NCBI GenBank assembly: GCA_035559535.1
Contig: DATMBG010000052.1
Location: 1-64,000, forward strand
DNA length: 64,000 nucleotides
DNA from: Candidatus Limnocylindrales bacterium
Lineage (GTDB): Bacteria > Moduliflexota > Moduliflexia > Moduliflexales > JAUQPW01
Direction of reading: 5' to 3'
In this document: positions 10,040 to 20,398 of the stretch, in pieces
How the letters are laid out: every line of letters starts with the position of its first letter
Numbering within the stretch: position 1 is the stretch's first letter
The notes under the pieces: generated by a model
Database searches by the model: none
Told to the model about the DNA's origin: nothing
What the model saw: only the letters and a program-made list of their open reading frames with translations
Position numbers and translations under genes: made by a program

Positions 10040-10149
10040 GTGGGAGGGGATAGGAGTATGGGAATAGGGGCGACCGGCCGGTCGCCCGTATCAGGAAGTA
10101 AGGGTGACCGGCCGATCACCTCTACTCCCATACTCCTATACTTCCATTC
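10040..10149. repeat. Octamer-unit hairpin array enclosing two GTAG-type REPs (10064-10091, 10098-10125)
   Basis: GGAGTATGGG arm, GGGCGACCGGCCGGTCGCCC and GGTGACCGGCCGATCACC palindromes, then CCCATACTCC arm. Confidence 0.8.
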
Positions 10150-11290
10150 ACTCTTTTAATAACTGATTGGCAATAACCATTCGATGAATTTCCGAAGTTC
10201 CTTCGCCAATTTCGCAGAGTTTGGCATCTCGATAATAGCGAGACACGGGATATTCCCCGATATATCCATAGCCGCCATGGATTTGAACGGCTCGATCTAC
10301 AACCCGAACACAGGCCCGAGAGGAATAAAGCTTGGCCATGGAGGCTTCTTTCTTGATAGGTAAACCTTGATCCTTAAGATAAGCGGCTCGAAGGGTTAAC
10401 ATTCTGGCAGCTTCCAATTCTACTTCTGAATCGGCCAGCATCCATTGAACAGCCTGAAAATCTGCAATAGGTCTACCAAATTGAATTCGCTGTTTGGAAT
10501 ATTTAATGCTTTCTTCCAAAGCCGCACGTCCAATCCCAACAGCTAACGCAGAGATCCCGATACGTCCACCTTCCAGAACCTTCAGGCTGTCTATAAAACC
10601 CTGTCCTTCCTGCCCCAATAGGTTTTCCCTGGGAATACGACAGTTCTCGAAGATCAACTCTGCGGTATCGCTTCCCCGCATTCCCAACTTGTTGCGTAGT
10701 TTAACAGAAGAAAATCCCCGGGTTCCTCTCTCTACCAGAAAGGCTGAGATACCATGATGTCCCTTGGTTTTATCTGTAATAGCCATAACGACAACAACAT
10801 CACAGACTGTCCCTTGGGTTGTAAACATCTTGCTTCCGTTTAAGACCCATTCGGAGCCATCGAGTACGGCTGTGGTACGAAGGGATTTAGCATCACTGCC
10901 AGAGTTTGGCTCGGTTAATCCCCAGGCACCCAGGAGTTCTCCCTGAATAAGGGGAATTAAATATTTTCGTTTCTGTTCTTCATTCCCGGCCAGATAGATA
11001 TGGTTCGAACAGAGAGAAATATGGGCCAGGGCACTCAAAGCGATAGAACCGTCGGCTGCGGCCAATTCTTCCATAGCCAGTGCATAGGTCACGTAATCGG
11101 CTCCAACTCCTCCCCATTCCTCCGGGAAGATAATCCCAAAAAAGTTGATAAGGGCCAATTTTCTAAAAATTTCCTCGGGAAACTCTTCCCGTTCATCATA
11201 GTAAGCCGCATAGGGAGCCACTTCCTTCTGGACAAACTCCCTGACGGTCTGTTGGATCAACTTCTGATCCTCTGTTAAATCAAAATCCAT
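10148..11290 (-). CDS. Acyl-CoA dehydrogenase (paralog 3)
   Basis: [40 protein letters not shown]. Confidence 0.95.
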   Translation of the reverse strand: MDFDLTEDQKLIQQTVREFVQKEVAPYAAYYDEREEFPEEIFRKLALINFFGIIFPEEWGGVGADYVTYALAMEELAAADGSIALSALAHISLCSNHIYLAGNEEQKRKYLIPLIQGELLGAWGLTEPNSGSDAKSLRTTAVLDGSEWVLNGSKMFTTQGTVCDVVVVMAITDKTKGHHGISAFLVERGTRGFSSVKLRNKLGMRGSDTAELIFENCRIPRENLLGQEGQGFIDSLKVLEGGRIGISALAVGIGRAALEESIKYSKQRIQFGRPIADFQAVQWMLADSEVELEAARMLTLRAAYLKDQGLPIKKEASMAKLYSSRACVRVVDRAVQIHGGYGYIGEYPVSRYYRDAKLCEIGEGTSEIHRMVIANQLLKE

Positions 11291-11297
11291 TTTTAAC

Positions 11298-11448
11298 ATG
11301 GAAATGTGGGAGTATGGAGGTAGAGAAGTGTGGGAGTATGGGAGTGTGGGGGTATATTTGTGCTCTTACACTCCCATACTCCCACACTTCTGTACTCCCA
11401 TACTTCCATACCCCCACACCTCCACACTTCCCTGCTTCCCTACTTCTT
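11298..11448. repeat. Octamer-unit (GGGAGTRT / AYACTCCC) inverted tandem array
   Basis: G-rich arm of 8-bp units followed by a complementary C-rich arm. Confidence 0.85.
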
Positions 11449-11449
11449 T

Positions 11450-11944
11450 CTAAGCGGGTACAAAGTACACATCGGTGGGTTTGAATTTGCAATTCCGTAA
11501 GAATTGAGCCTTGACCCGCATCCCAATTTCGGCTTTACCGGGCTCCACCCCAACCAGACGGCTTAAAAAGAGGGTATTAACCCCTTCAAACTCTACCAGA
11601 ATAAGGGTAAAAGGGGTTTCTTTTAGAAATTCTTCGCTTCCAAAATAACAGGTGGTCCAGGTATGAATTTTCCCTTCCAGGGGTAATTCAAACCATTCAG
11701 TTTTTGCTCCACATTCCATGCAGTGAGATCGGGGTGTCGCAAACTTATAGTTACATTGCGTACATCGACTTCCTAAAAGTTTTTTCTTGGTCAATCCGGC
11801 AAAAAAAGGGGAATCTTGGGCATAACTATGGATATAGTCGATTTCATAATGGTGTTTGATGATAATGGGGTCTACACCAAAAAGAACTGTTCCTTCTTCT
11901 GTTTCAGGTAATTTAATTTTTTGGGCTCCTGGTTCGTGACTCAT
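11450..11944 (-). CDS. DUF35 Zn-ribbon/OB-fold protein (thiolase partner)
   Basis: CTQC...CMEC Zn ribbon, GKIHTWT, IGMRVKA OB fold; the upstream ORF extension is repeat DNA, so the start is set to 11944. Confidence 0.9.
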   Translation of the reverse strand: MSHEPGAQKIKLPETEEGTVLFGVDPIIIKHHYEIDYIHSYAQDSPFFAGLTKKKLLGSRCTQCNYKFATPRSHCMECGAKTEWFELPLEGKIHTWTTCYFGSEEFLKETPFTLILVEFEGVNTLFLSRLVGVEPGKAEIGMRVKAQFLRNCKFKPTDVYFVPA

Positions 11945-11952
11945 GATTTTAA

Positions 11953-12039
11953 GTAGGGGAGTGTGAGGGTATGGGAGTATGGGAGTACTTCCACACTTCC
12001 ACACTTCCATACTCCCATACCCTCCACACTCCCCTACTC
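11953..12039. repeat. Octamer-unit inverted tandem array
   Basis: GGGTATGGGAGTATGGGAGTAC / TTCCACACTTCCACACTTCCATACTCCCATAC. Confidence 0.85.
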
Positions 12040-12040
12040 T

Positions 12041-13291
12041 TTAAACGGCTTCCAAAATACTTACGGTGATATAGGTTCCCGTTCCGGCATGGCTATGAAT
12101 AAGTCCACGTCGGGCGTTTTTAATCTGGAGATGGTCATTTCCCAGATGTTTCTGGATAGTCCCCTGAAGTTGCCAGAAAGCAAAAACAGCCTGCATGAGG
12201 CCTGTAGCACCTACCGGATGACCGCAGGCCAGAAGGCCACCGGAAGGGTTAACCGGTATTTTTCCAGTTAAGGTACTATGACCGGCCTCGATAAAGGGGC
12301 CTCCTTCCCCATACTTACAAAGACCCAGATCTTCGTAGGTCTGAATCTCAGAAGAAGTATAGGCATCGTGTAACTCTACAAAATCCAGTTCTTCCAGGGG
12401 GTTTGTAATTCCGGCCATCTCATAAGCCTGTTTAGCGGCCATTCGACCTCCCCGAAACGAATGAACCCCGGGGTATTTGAGATTTTTGTAATCAGACTCA
12501 GATTCGTGGGGTAACAAAATGACTTTACCGTGGGGACGATCTGCCATACGCATGCTATCGGTACCTGCGCCGATTCCGATGATTTTAACCGGTTTGTCGG
12601 TTAAGCGGGCCGCCATTTCTTCCGAAGCGAGAATACAAACTGCTGCTCCATCCGACATGGTGCAGATATCCAACATGGTCAGGGGGTCTGCAACCATGGG
12701 CGAGTTACGAACATCTTCAATGGTCAATTTCATAGGACTCTGGGCATAGGGGTTATAGAGAGCATTTCCGTGATTTTTTATGGAGACCAGGGCCATTTGT
12801 TCTACGGTGGTACCAAACTCATGCATATGCCGTCGGACCATCATGGCGTAGTAACCGGTATAAAATCCTCCCACAGGGTAATCAAAATTAGTATCGGAGG
12901 CGTGGGCGATAAATTCGTTGCCTTTCCAGGTGCTGACACGAGACATGGTTTCAAATCCAAAGGCCACGCAAACATTCATTCGGCCTGAGGCAACAGCCTC
13001 CCATGCTGCTTGAAAACAGAGCCCACCCGTAGCTCCCCCTCCTTCGATCCGTTTAGAAGGCTTGGGGCAAAGTCCGAGGTAGTCTTGAACCATAGAGGCC
13101 GCTTTCAATTGCCGGGTAAAGTGATCTGAAAAATAAGACGCTACGCTTCCATCGATCATATCCCTTGTCAGGTTTGGGACATCGTTCATGGCATAGTCAA
13201 AGGCCTGTTTGACCATATAACGAAAATCCATATCCGGGTGAGCTTTGGCAAATTTTGTAATTCCACCCGATACCATGTAAACGGGGCGCAT
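12041..13291 (-). CDS. SCP2-type thiolase-fold protein lacking the nucleophilic Cys
   Basis: KNHGNA, SDGAA, ELHDAY, NPSGGLL..GHPVGATG; EGGGATGG occupies the usual xxxCASG position. Confidence 0.88.
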   Translation of the reverse strand: MRPVYMVSGGITKFAKAHPDMDFRYMVKQAFDYAMNDVPNLTRDMIDGSVASYFSDHFTRQLKAASMVQDYLGLCPKPSKRIEGGGATGGLCFQAAWEAVASGRMNVCVAFGFETMSRVSTWKGNEFIAHASDTNFDYPVGGFYTGYYAMMVRRHMHEFGTTVEQMALVSIKNHGNALYNPYAQSPMKLTIEDVRNSPMVADPLTMLDICTMSDGAAVCILASEEMAARLTDKPVKIIGIGAGTDSMRMADRPHGKVILLPHESESDYKNLKYPGVHSFRGGRMAAKQAYEMAGITNPLEELDFVELHDAYTSSEIQTYEDLGLCKYGEGGPFIEAGHSTLTGKIPVNPSGGLLACGHPVGATGLMQAVFAFWQLQGTIQKHLGNDHLQIKNARRGLIHSHAGTGTYITVSILEAV

Positions 13292-13299
13292 TTATTACA

Positions 13300-13408
13300 G
13301 GTATGGAGGTATGGAGGTAGGTATGGGGGTGCGGGGTATGGGAGTAAGTATTTATACTCCCACCCTTCCATACTCCCACCCTTCCATACTCCTACCCCTC
13401 CCATACTA
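13300..13408. repeat. Octamer-unit inverted tandem array
   Basis: GGTATGGAGGTATGGAGG... / ...CTTCCATACTCCCACCCTTCCATACTCC. Confidence 0.85.
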
Positions 13409-13813
13409 TTTTTTAATGTTTTCTCTCAAAAACTTGATAACCTCTTCCGTAGAAGTTCCCGGAGTGAAGATTTCCTTCACACCCATTGCCTTGAGTTTAG
13501 CAATATCTTCATCGGGGATAATTCCCCCTCCAAAGAGCATCACGTCTTCCAAACCTTTTTCCTTCATAAGCTCCAGGACACGCGGGAAAAGATAGTTGTG
13601 AGCTCCCGATAAAATACTCAATCCTATGGCATCCACGTCTTCTTGAAGGGCCGTGGCAACCACCTGTTCTGGGGTCTGGTGAAGTCCGGTGTAGATCACC
13701 TCCATTCCGGCATCCCGCAATGCCCGGGCAATGATTTTCGCACCTCGATCGTGCCCATCTAATCCCGGTTTAGCGATAAGCACCCGTATTTTTTTCTGTT
13801 TTTCCTCGGCCAT
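13406..13813 (-). CDS. icmB: Acyl-CoA mutase small (cobalamin-binding) subunit
   Basis: [10 protein letters not shown] (DxHxxG), SILSG, GGGII; ATG 13813. Confidence 0.9.
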   Translation of the reverse strand: MAEEKQKKIRVLIAKPGLDGHDRGAKIIARALRDAGMEVIYTGLHQTPEQVVATALQEDVDAIGLSILSGAHNYLFPRVLELMKEKGLEDVMLFGGGIIPDEDIAKLKAMGVKEIFTPGTSTEEVIKFLRENIKK

Positions 13814-13980
13814 ACGTTTGGGTCCCGGAGGTCCGGAGAGCACAGAGGAAATTTTTATAACCTAAATCTTTAGATCCCTCGTTTGGGATGTTCTGGATTA
13901 AAACCGACAGAGTCGGTCTTATCAGGGTTTCGGTTTCATTCTGACGTATTTCCTTCTCCATGTTCTCCGGGTCTCTGGGA

Positions 13981-15660
13981 CTAAAAAAATCCCGGATCCT
14001 GGTAAATCCCGAAGACTTCCCTAAACACGTCGCAGATTTCTCCAACGGTTGCGTAGGCTTTTACTGCTTCAAGGACCGGAGGTACAAGGTTTTCCTTTCC
14101 CTTAGCTGCGGCACGAAGTTGCTCTAAAGCCGCTTTATGTTTGATCGGATCTCTTCTTTTTTTCACATTCTCCAGCCGTTCGAGCTGCTTTTTTTCTACT
14201 TCAGGGCCGATTTTTAATATTTTAATCGGGGTTTCCTCCTTGGCTACAAACTCATTCACGCCCACGATAATTTTCTCCTTATTCTCGATTTGTTTCTGGT
14301 AGGTGTAGGCAGCTTCTTGAATTTCCTTTTGCGGGAAACCCTGATGAATGGCCGGAATCATTCCCCCCAGGGCATCCAATTTTTTAAAGTAATCGTAGGC
14401 GGCTTCTTCCATCTCATTGGTCAATCTTTCGAGGTAGTAAGAGCCTCCCAGGGGATCCACCGTATTTGTAACTTCGCTTTCATAGGCAATAATCTGTTGA
14501 GTTCGCAGGGCAATGGTTACCGCTTCTTCTGTGGGGAGGGCTAAGGTTTCATCGTAGGAGTTGGTATGCAGGGATTGGGTTCCTCCTAATACGGCGGCCA
14601 GAGCTTGAATGGTTGTTCGGATGATATTATTTAAGGGTTGCTGGGCGGTTGCCGAGCATCCGGCGGTTTGTGTGTGAAACCGAAGCATCAAGGAGCGAGG
14701 ATTTTTGGGGTTATAGCGGCGTTTCAGCTCACGGGCCCAGATCCTTCGGGCCGCCCGGTATTTTGCGATTTCTTCAAAGAAATCATTATGGGCGTTGAAA
14801 AAGAAAGAGAGTCTGGGTGCAAACTCATCCACTTCCAATCCGGCCCGGATTCCATAATCTACATAAGTTAATCCATCGTAAAGGGTAAAGGCAAGTTCTT
14901 GAACGGCGGTAGATCCAGCTTCTCGTATGTGGTAACCGCTGATACTGATACTGTTCCACCGGGGCATATGGCGTGTGCAGTAAACGATAATATCGGTCAA
15001 AATTCGCATGGCCGGTTCGGGTGGACAGATCCACTCCCGTTGAGCAATGTACTCTTTTAAAATGTCTGCCTGGAGGGTTCCGCGGAGTTGGGCCGGTGGA
15101 ACTCCCTGTTTCTCTGCGACTGCCAGGTACATGGCCAGAAGGACGATAGCCGGTCCATTAATCGTCATGGAGGTGCTGATTTGATCCAGAGGTATGCCTT
15201 TGAAGAGAATTTCCATATCTTCCAGGCTATCAATAGCCACGCCCTCCCGACCAACTTCTCCTCGAGATATGGGATGATCTGAATCATAACCCATGAGGGT
15301 CGGAAGATCAAAGGCTACACTAAGTCCCATCTGTCCCTGGCTTAGAAGATAGTGAAATCTCCGGTTGGTATCTTCAGCCGTACCAAAACCGGCGAATTGA
15401 CGCATAGTCCAGAGTCGCCCCCGATGCATGGTTGCATGAATCCCACGGGTGAAAGGATATTCTCCAGGAAATCCGATGTCTTCATTATAATCCATCCCGG
15501 CAATATCTAAAGGGGTATACAGCACTTTAACAGGTCGATTGGAGAGGCTGACAAACTTAGCCTGTCTCTCCGGCATAACCTCCAGGGTTTTCTTCAAGGT
15601 GGTCTGTTCCCATTGGACTTTACGTTCTTGAATTTTTTTTAAACTTTGGACGTCGATCAT
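13981..15660 (-). CDS. icmA: Acyl-CoA mutase large subunit, isobutyryl-CoA mutase type
   Basis: [10 protein letters not shown] (Phe where MCM has Tyr) and DILKEYIAQ (Gln where MCM has Arg), [17 protein letters not shown] 15660. Confidence 0.85.
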   Translation of the reverse strand: MIDVQSLKKIQERKVQWEQTTLKKTLEVMPERQAKFVSLSNRPVKVLYTPLDIAGMDYNEDIGFPGEYPFTRGIHATMHRGRLWTMRQFAGFGTAEDTNRRFHYLLSQGQMGLSVAFDLPTLMGYDSDHPISRGEVGREGVAIDSLEDMEILFKGIPLDQISTSMTINGPAIVLLAMYLAVAEKQGVPPAQLRGTLQADILKEYIAQREWICPPEPAMRILTDIIVYCTRHMPRWNSISISGYHIREAGSTAVQELAFTLYDGLTYVDYGIRAGLEVDEFAPRLSFFFNAHNDFFEEIAKYRAARRIWARELKRRYNPKNPRSLMLRFHTQTAGCSATAQQPLNNIIRTTIQALAAVLGGTQSLHTNSYDETLALPTEEAVTIALRTQQIIAYESEVTNTVDPLGGSYYLERLTNEMEEAAYDYFKKLDALGGMIPAIHQGFPQKEIQEAAYTYQKQIENKEKIIVGVNEFVAKEETPIKILKIGPEVEKKQLERLENVKKRRDPIKHKAALEQLRAAAKGKENLVPPVLEAVKAYATVGEICDVFREVFGIYQDPGFF

Positions 15661-15666
15661 AACTAA

Positions 15667-15758
15667 GTACTGAGTGTTGAGTACTGAGTACTGAGTCAAA
15701 GAGAGAGGATTAAGTAGGGACACGGCACGCCGTGTCCCTACTGTTCAGTACTCAGTAT
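15667..15758. repeat. Heptamer (GTACTGA) array with complementary arm, enclosing a GTAG REP (15714-15741)
   Basis: GTACTGAGTGTTGAGTACTGAGTACTGAG ... GTAGGGACACGGCACGCCGTGTCCCTAC ... TTCAGTACTCAGTA. Confidence 0.75.
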
Positions 15759-16883
15759 CAATTTTGCAATCACATTTCGCTGAATCTCCGAGGTTCCTTC
15801 ATAAATTGTCGTAACCCGGGCATCTCGATAATAACGTTCTACGGGAAAGTCTTTGAGATAACCATAACCCCCATGAATTTGAAGGGCCTTGTAGGCCACT
15901 CGATTAACCATTTCAGAGGCGAAAAGTTTGGCCATGGAAGCCTCTTTTGTAAAGGGGAGTCCCCGGTCTTTTAACAGGGCGGCCTGCAGGGTTAATAGTC
16001 TGGCCGCTTCAATCTCCGTCGCCATATCTGCGATCATCCATCGGATTCCCTGAAATTCGGCAATGGGTTGACCGAAAGCTTCTCGTTTTTTAGCATAGCG
16101 TGTCGCTGCATCCAGACAGGCCTGCGCAATTCCCACAGATTGTGAAGCAATTCCGATTCGACCCCCGTCTAAAGCTGTCATCATGATCTTGAATCCCTCT
16201 CCTTCTTTCCCTAACAGATTCTCAGAAGGGACTCGACAGTTTTCAAAAATCAGCTCGGTGGTATCTGAGGCCCGAAGTCCCATTTTATCCTCGACTTTAC
16301 CTATGGAAAAGCCCGGCATCCCTTTTTCCACAATGAAAGCCGAAATTCCATGATGCCGGGCTGTTTTATCAGTTACGGCCGTCGTGATAAAAACTTTCGC
16401 ATGGCTTCCACTGGTAATAAACATCTTGGTCCCGTTCAGGATATAGAAATTATCCTTTAAGAGAGCCGAGGTTTTTTGATTGGCCGCATCGGACCCAGCT
16501 CCCGGCTCGGTTAAGGCGAAGGAACCGATAAATTTTCCTTGGGCCAGAGGGACAAGGTATTTCTGCTTTTGAACTTCCGTTCCGAATTTCAGGAGAGGTT
16601 CACAAACCAGATTATTGACTCCCATGATAACCGAGGTAGCTGCGCAGGCATAGGCAATCTCTTGCATTGCCAGTGAATAGCTGACGGTATCCAGCCCGGC
16701 ACCTCCATACTCGGTGGGAACCATCATTCCCAGAAGTCCCATCTCGGCCATTTTTGAAATCGTTTCCTCCGGGAAAAGACTTTCCCGGTCGCACTTCCCG
16801 GCCATGGGTTCGATCTCTTTCCGGGCAAATTCCCGAACGGTCATCTGGATCATCCGTTGTTCTTCGGTGAGTTGAAAGATCAT
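15738..16883 (-). CDS. Acyl-CoA dehydrogenase (paralog 2, short-chain type)
   Basis: [28 protein letters not shown]. Confidence 0.95.
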   Translation of the reverse strand: MIFQLTEEQRMIQMTVREFARKEIEPMAGKCDRESLFPEETISKMAEMGLLGMMVPTEYGGAGLDTVSYSLAMQEIAYACAATSVIMGVNNLVCEPLLKFGTEVQKQKYLVPLAQGKFIGSFALTEPGAGSDAANQKTSALLKDNFYILNGTKMFITSGSHAKVFITTAVTDKTARHHGISAFIVEKGMPGFSIGKVEDKMGLRASDTTELIFENCRVPSENLLGKEGEGFKIMMTALDGGRIGIASQSVGIAQACLDAATRYAKKREAFGQPIAEFQGIRWMIADMATEIEAARLLTLQAALLKDRGLPFTKEASMAKLFASEMVNRVAYKALQIHGGYGYLKDFPVERYYRDARVTTIYEGTSEIQRNVIAKLILSTEQ

Positions 16884-16959
16884 ATTTTATCGATAATCCC
16901 CTGTTGGAAGACGATCAGGTCGTTCCAGACTCGACAACCGGATCGCCTATAAATGGAAC

Positions 16960-17952
16960 TCAACTTTCTGCCAGGAGCTTTTTAAATTCCTCTGTCAAGA
17001 TCGGAAGGATTTCAAACACATCTCCCACGATCCCATAATTGCAGACATTAAAGATATTGGCATCGGGATCTTTATTAATGGCCACGATATATTTCGAGGA
17101 ACCCATTCCGGCCAGATGTTGAATAGCTCCCGAAATTCCACAGGCAATGTAAAGGTTTGGGGTCACTACTTTTCCGGTCTGTCCGACCTGATAGGCATGC
17201 TCTTTCCAACCTGCATCCACCACGGCCCTGGAAGCCCCTACGGCAGCTCCAAGGACTTCGGCCAGATTTTCTACAAGATAGAAATTCTCCGGTCCCTTTA
17301 ATCCACGACCTCCCGATACTACAATGCTCGCTTCCGTTAATCCCACTTTACCTGTGGTCCCTTTTATGATCTCTTTAACGGTAGTTCGAATCTCTCCGGG
17401 GGCAAATTCCACAGGAACTTTTTCAACTTCTGCTTTATGGGATTCATCTCGCCTGGCCGGCCTAAATACATTAGGTCTCAGGGAAGCCATCTGAGGCCTG
17501 GTTAAAATAGCCTCCCATACCAATGCCTTTCCGGCATACACGGGACGTTTACAAAGTAAGGATTTATTTTCGTCCAGTTTAAGCTCAATACAGTCAACCG
17601 AAAGTCCCGCGCCAACCCTGGCAGCCACCCTGGGAGCAAAGTCCCTTCCCATGGTTGTTGCAGCAAATAATACTACGGCAGGCTGTTGGGTTTTAATTAA
17701 ATTCGTAATAACCTTGGCATATCCGTCGGTTGTATACTTGTCAAGTGCCTCGTGATCTGCTACGAATACCTTATCTGCTCCATAAGAACCGATGGATTCT
17801 GCAAGATGGGTTATGTTTCTTCCAAGTAAAACAACTTCTAACTTACCTCCCAGTTCGTCTGCCAACCGCCGTCCCTCGCCGATGAGTTCGTAGGTTACCT
17901 TCTTCAATTCACCTTCTCGCTGCTCTGCGATAACCCAAATATTTCCTGACAT
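16960..17952 (-). CDS. etfA: Electron transfer flavoprotein alpha subunit
   Basis: SGGRG, GASRAVVD, QVGQTGK, GISGAIQH, AINKD; ATG 17952. Confidence 0.95.
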   Translation of the reverse strand: MSGNIWVIAEQREGELKKVTYELIGEGRRLADELGGKLEVVLLGRNITHLAESIGSYGADKVFVADHEALDKYTTDGYAKVITNLIKTQQPAVVLFAATTMGRDFAPRVAARVGAGLSVDCIELKLDENKSLLCKRPVYAGKALVWEAILTRPQMASLRPNVFRPARRDESHKAEVEKVPVEFAPGEIRTTVKEIIKGTTGKVGLTEASIVVSGGRGLKGPENFYLVENLAEVLGAAVGASRAVVDAGWKEHAYQVGQTGKVVTPNLYIACGISGAIQHLAGMGSSKYIVAINKDPDANIFNVCNYGIVGDVFEILPILTEEFKKLLAES

Positions 17953-18039
17953 GTCGGGGAGTGGGCGGTGAACAATGGACGGCAAATCCTGATGCAGTCA
18001 TCAACTACGGCCCATTGCCTACTGCCCACGGTGTAAAGT

Positions 18040-18831
18040 TTAAATAACTTTGGCTTCCTCCCGTAATAACCGTACCAGTTCTCGACAAACCTCTCTGGGG
18101 TCTCCTTTAAGGATTTTCCCTTTGCTTCGAGGGGGTGGAAGTTCCATACTTAAAACTTTAACTCGAGAACCTTTCTCACCCACCTGGGTAGGATCTAAAC
18201 CCAGGGCTGCCGCGTTCAACTCCTTGAGTTCTTTCTTTTTGGCTTTCATGATATTGGGAAGGGTAGGGTAGCGAGGTTCATTCAACTTCCATTGGGTGGA
18301 AATAACAGCCGGTAGTGGACCTTCGATTACTTCCTTGGCTCCTTCAATATCCCGATAAGCCATGAACTTTCGGGCGTTGGGATCTACTTCTAACTTGACG
18401 ACGATGGTTGCCTGGGGTAATCCCAACAATTCCGCCAGGTAGGCGGGAACACTCATGGTATCCTGGTCGATGGCCTGTTTCCCACAAAATATAATATCAT
18501 AAGGAAGTTGCTGAATAGCCTTTGAGAGGATGAGCGCCGTTGTGTAAGGATCTGAATTCTCAAAGGCCGGATCCCAAAGTTGAATGGCTTTATCGGCTCC
18601 CATGGCCAGGCACATTCTAAGAGCCTCTTTGACCCGCTCTGGACCTATGGAGATAACCGTAACTTCGCCGCCGAATCGCTCCTTAAGTCGGATGGCTTCT
18701 TCCACAGCGAAGTCATCGTAGGTGTTGACGATAAATTTAACCCCCTCGGGATCAATATGTTTTCCGTCTTTCCCAACCCGTACCTTTGTCGTTGTATCCG
18801 GAACTTGCTTGATGCAAACGATGATGTTCAT
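18040..18831 (-). CDS. etfB: Electron transfer flavoprotein beta subunit
   Basis: VCIKQVPD, MGAD, GKQAID, NEPRYPTL. Confidence 0.95.
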   Translation of the reverse strand: MNIIVCIKQVPDTTTKVRVGKDGKHIDPEGVKFIVNTYDDFAVEEAIRLKERFGGEVTVISIGPERVKEALRMCLAMGADKAIQLWDPAFENSDPYTTALILSKAIQQLPYDIIFCGKQAIDQDTMSVPAYLAELLGLPQATIVVKLEVDPNARKFMAYRDIEGAKEVIEGPLPAVISTQWKLNEPRYPTLPNIMKAKKKELKELNAAALGLDPTQVGEKGSRVKVLSMELPPPRSKGKILKGDPREVCRELVRLLREEAKVI

Positions 18832-18959
18832 TTTTTAAGTCCCATGCTCAGTCTCCAGTCTCGAGTCCAAAATCCCAAATCTCAGGCCCTACTCAAAAAG
18901 TCGATTGTCCTTCCCGCCGAGTCTGGATAAGACCTTCTCAACGGACCTGGGATGAACTG

Positions 18960-18987
18960 GTAGAGGCACAGCATGCTGTGCCTCTAC
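18960..18987. repeat. GTAG-type REP palindrome
   Basis: GTAGAGGCACAGCATGCTGTGCCTCTAC is a perfect palindrome. Confidence 0.8.
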
Positions 18988-19064
18988 TTTATTTCTCAAC
19001 GTTTTCGGAGTCTGAAGTTGATCAAACCTGGCTTCAGGCTTTGGACTTTAGGCTTGAGACTTCT

Positions 19065-20204
19065 TTATTTCAACAGATTGGCGGCAATTATCAATCTTTG
19101 TATTTCTGAAGTTCCCTCGTAAATTTCGGTAATTTTAGCATCCCGAAAATAACGTTCCACGGGATAATCTTTGATATAACCGTAACCTCCGTGAATCTGA
19201 ACGGCTTTATGGGTTGCCCGCATAGCCGTTTCAGAAGCAAAGAGTTTTGCCATAGAAGACTCTTTGGTATGACGAACGCCTTTATCTTTCAGGGTTGCCG
19301 CTTTTAAAGTTAAAAGTCGGGCGCACTCAATTTCGGTGGCCATATCTGCCAGCATCCATTGAATAGCCTGGAAGTTAGAAATCGGCTGCCCAAACTGGAC
19401 CCGTTCCTTGGAGTATTTAATCGATTGCTCTAGGGCCGCCTGGGCAATTCCCACGGCCTGGGCGGCAATTCCAATGCGTCCGCCATCCAGGGTTTCCATG
19501 GCTATTTTAAAACCTTTTCCCAACTCCCCAAGAAGGTTCTCTTTGGGAATTAAACAATCTTCAAAAACCAGAGATGCCGTGTCGGAGCCGCAAATTCCTA
19601 ATTTTTTTTCGATCTTACCTATGGAAAACCCCGGGGTATCCAATTCGACAATGAAGGCACTGATGCCATGATGACCTTTGGTTTTATCTGTAACTGCAAA
19701 TAGAATGCAAATATCCGCATGGGCTCCATTGGTTGTGAAGTTTTTTCGTCCATTGATAACCCATTTATCTCCTTTTAACACGGCCGTCGTTTGTTGATTG
19801 GCAGCGTCAGAACCGGCGTTGGGTTCTGAAAGGGCGAAGCACCCTAACCACTCGCCCTTGGCCAGGGGAACCAGATACTTTTGTTTTTGCTCCTCGGTCC
19901 CGTTCCGTAGAAGCGGATCACATACCAGGGAGTTATTAACCGACATAATGACAGAAGTACTGGCACAGGCCTTAGCAATTTCTTCCATGGCCAGAACATA
20001 ACTGACCGTATCAACTCCGGCTCCCCCGTACTTTTCCGGAACCATCATCCCCATCAGGTTAAGTTCTGCCATTTTCTTAACCGTTTCCGCCGGATATCGA
20101 GCCTCTGCATCGATCTCCGCGGCCAGCGGAGCCACTTCCTTTTCAGCAAACTCCCGAACCATCTGCTGAATCATTTTTTGATCTTCCGTAAGCTCAAATC
20201 TCAT
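19065..20204 (-). CDS. Acyl-CoA dehydrogenase (paralog 1, butyryl-CoA dehydrogenase-like)
   Basis: [34 protein letters not shown]; adjacent to etfBA. Confidence 0.95.
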   Translation of the reverse strand: MRFELTEDQKMIQQMVREFAEKEVAPLAAEIDAEARYPAETVKKMAELNLMGMMVPEKYGGAGVDTVSYVLAMEEIAKACASTSVIMSVNNSLVCDPLLRNGTEEQKQKYLVPLAKGEWLGCFALSEPNAGSDAANQQTTAVLKGDKWVINGRKNFTTNGAHADICILFAVTDKTKGHHGISAFIVELDTPGFSIGKIEKKLGICGSDTASLVFEDCLIPKENLLGELGKGFKIAMETLDGGRIGIAAQAVGIAQAALEQSIKYSKERVQFGQPISNFQAIQWMLADMATEIECARLLTLKAATLKDKGVRHTKESSMAKLFASETAMRATHKAVQIHGGYGYIKDYPVERYFRDAKITEIYEGTSEIQRLIIAANLLK

Positions 20205-20221
20205 AGTTTAAGAGGTAATAA

Positions 20222-20398
20222 GAGTATGGAGGTGTGGAAGTATGGGAGTGTGGGGGGTATGGGAGGAGGGAAGTATGAAAAATTTTTCCCCACTCCCACA
20301 CTTCTCTCCTCCCAACATACTTCCCCACACCCATACTTTCCTACTCCCGCGCTCCCATACCCCCCACACTCCCATACTTCCACACCTCCATACTTCCT
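20222..20398. repeat. Octamer-unit inverted tandem array (longest copy)
   Basis: GAGTATGGAGGTGTGGAAGTATGGGAGTGT... / ...CACACTCCCATACTTCCACACCTCCATACTT. Confidence 0.85.

Noticed and set aside
13820-13980. Hammerhead ribozyme or cobalamin riboswitch between icmA and icmB
   Set aside because: CTGATAAG plus a stem is not followed by GAAA, and there is no B12 box. It looks like nested repeat hairpins.
13981-15660. Methylmalonyl-CoA mutase
   Set aside because: It has Phe/Gln rather than the Tyr/Arg pair that binds the substrate carboxylate in MCM, and no epimerase is adjacent.
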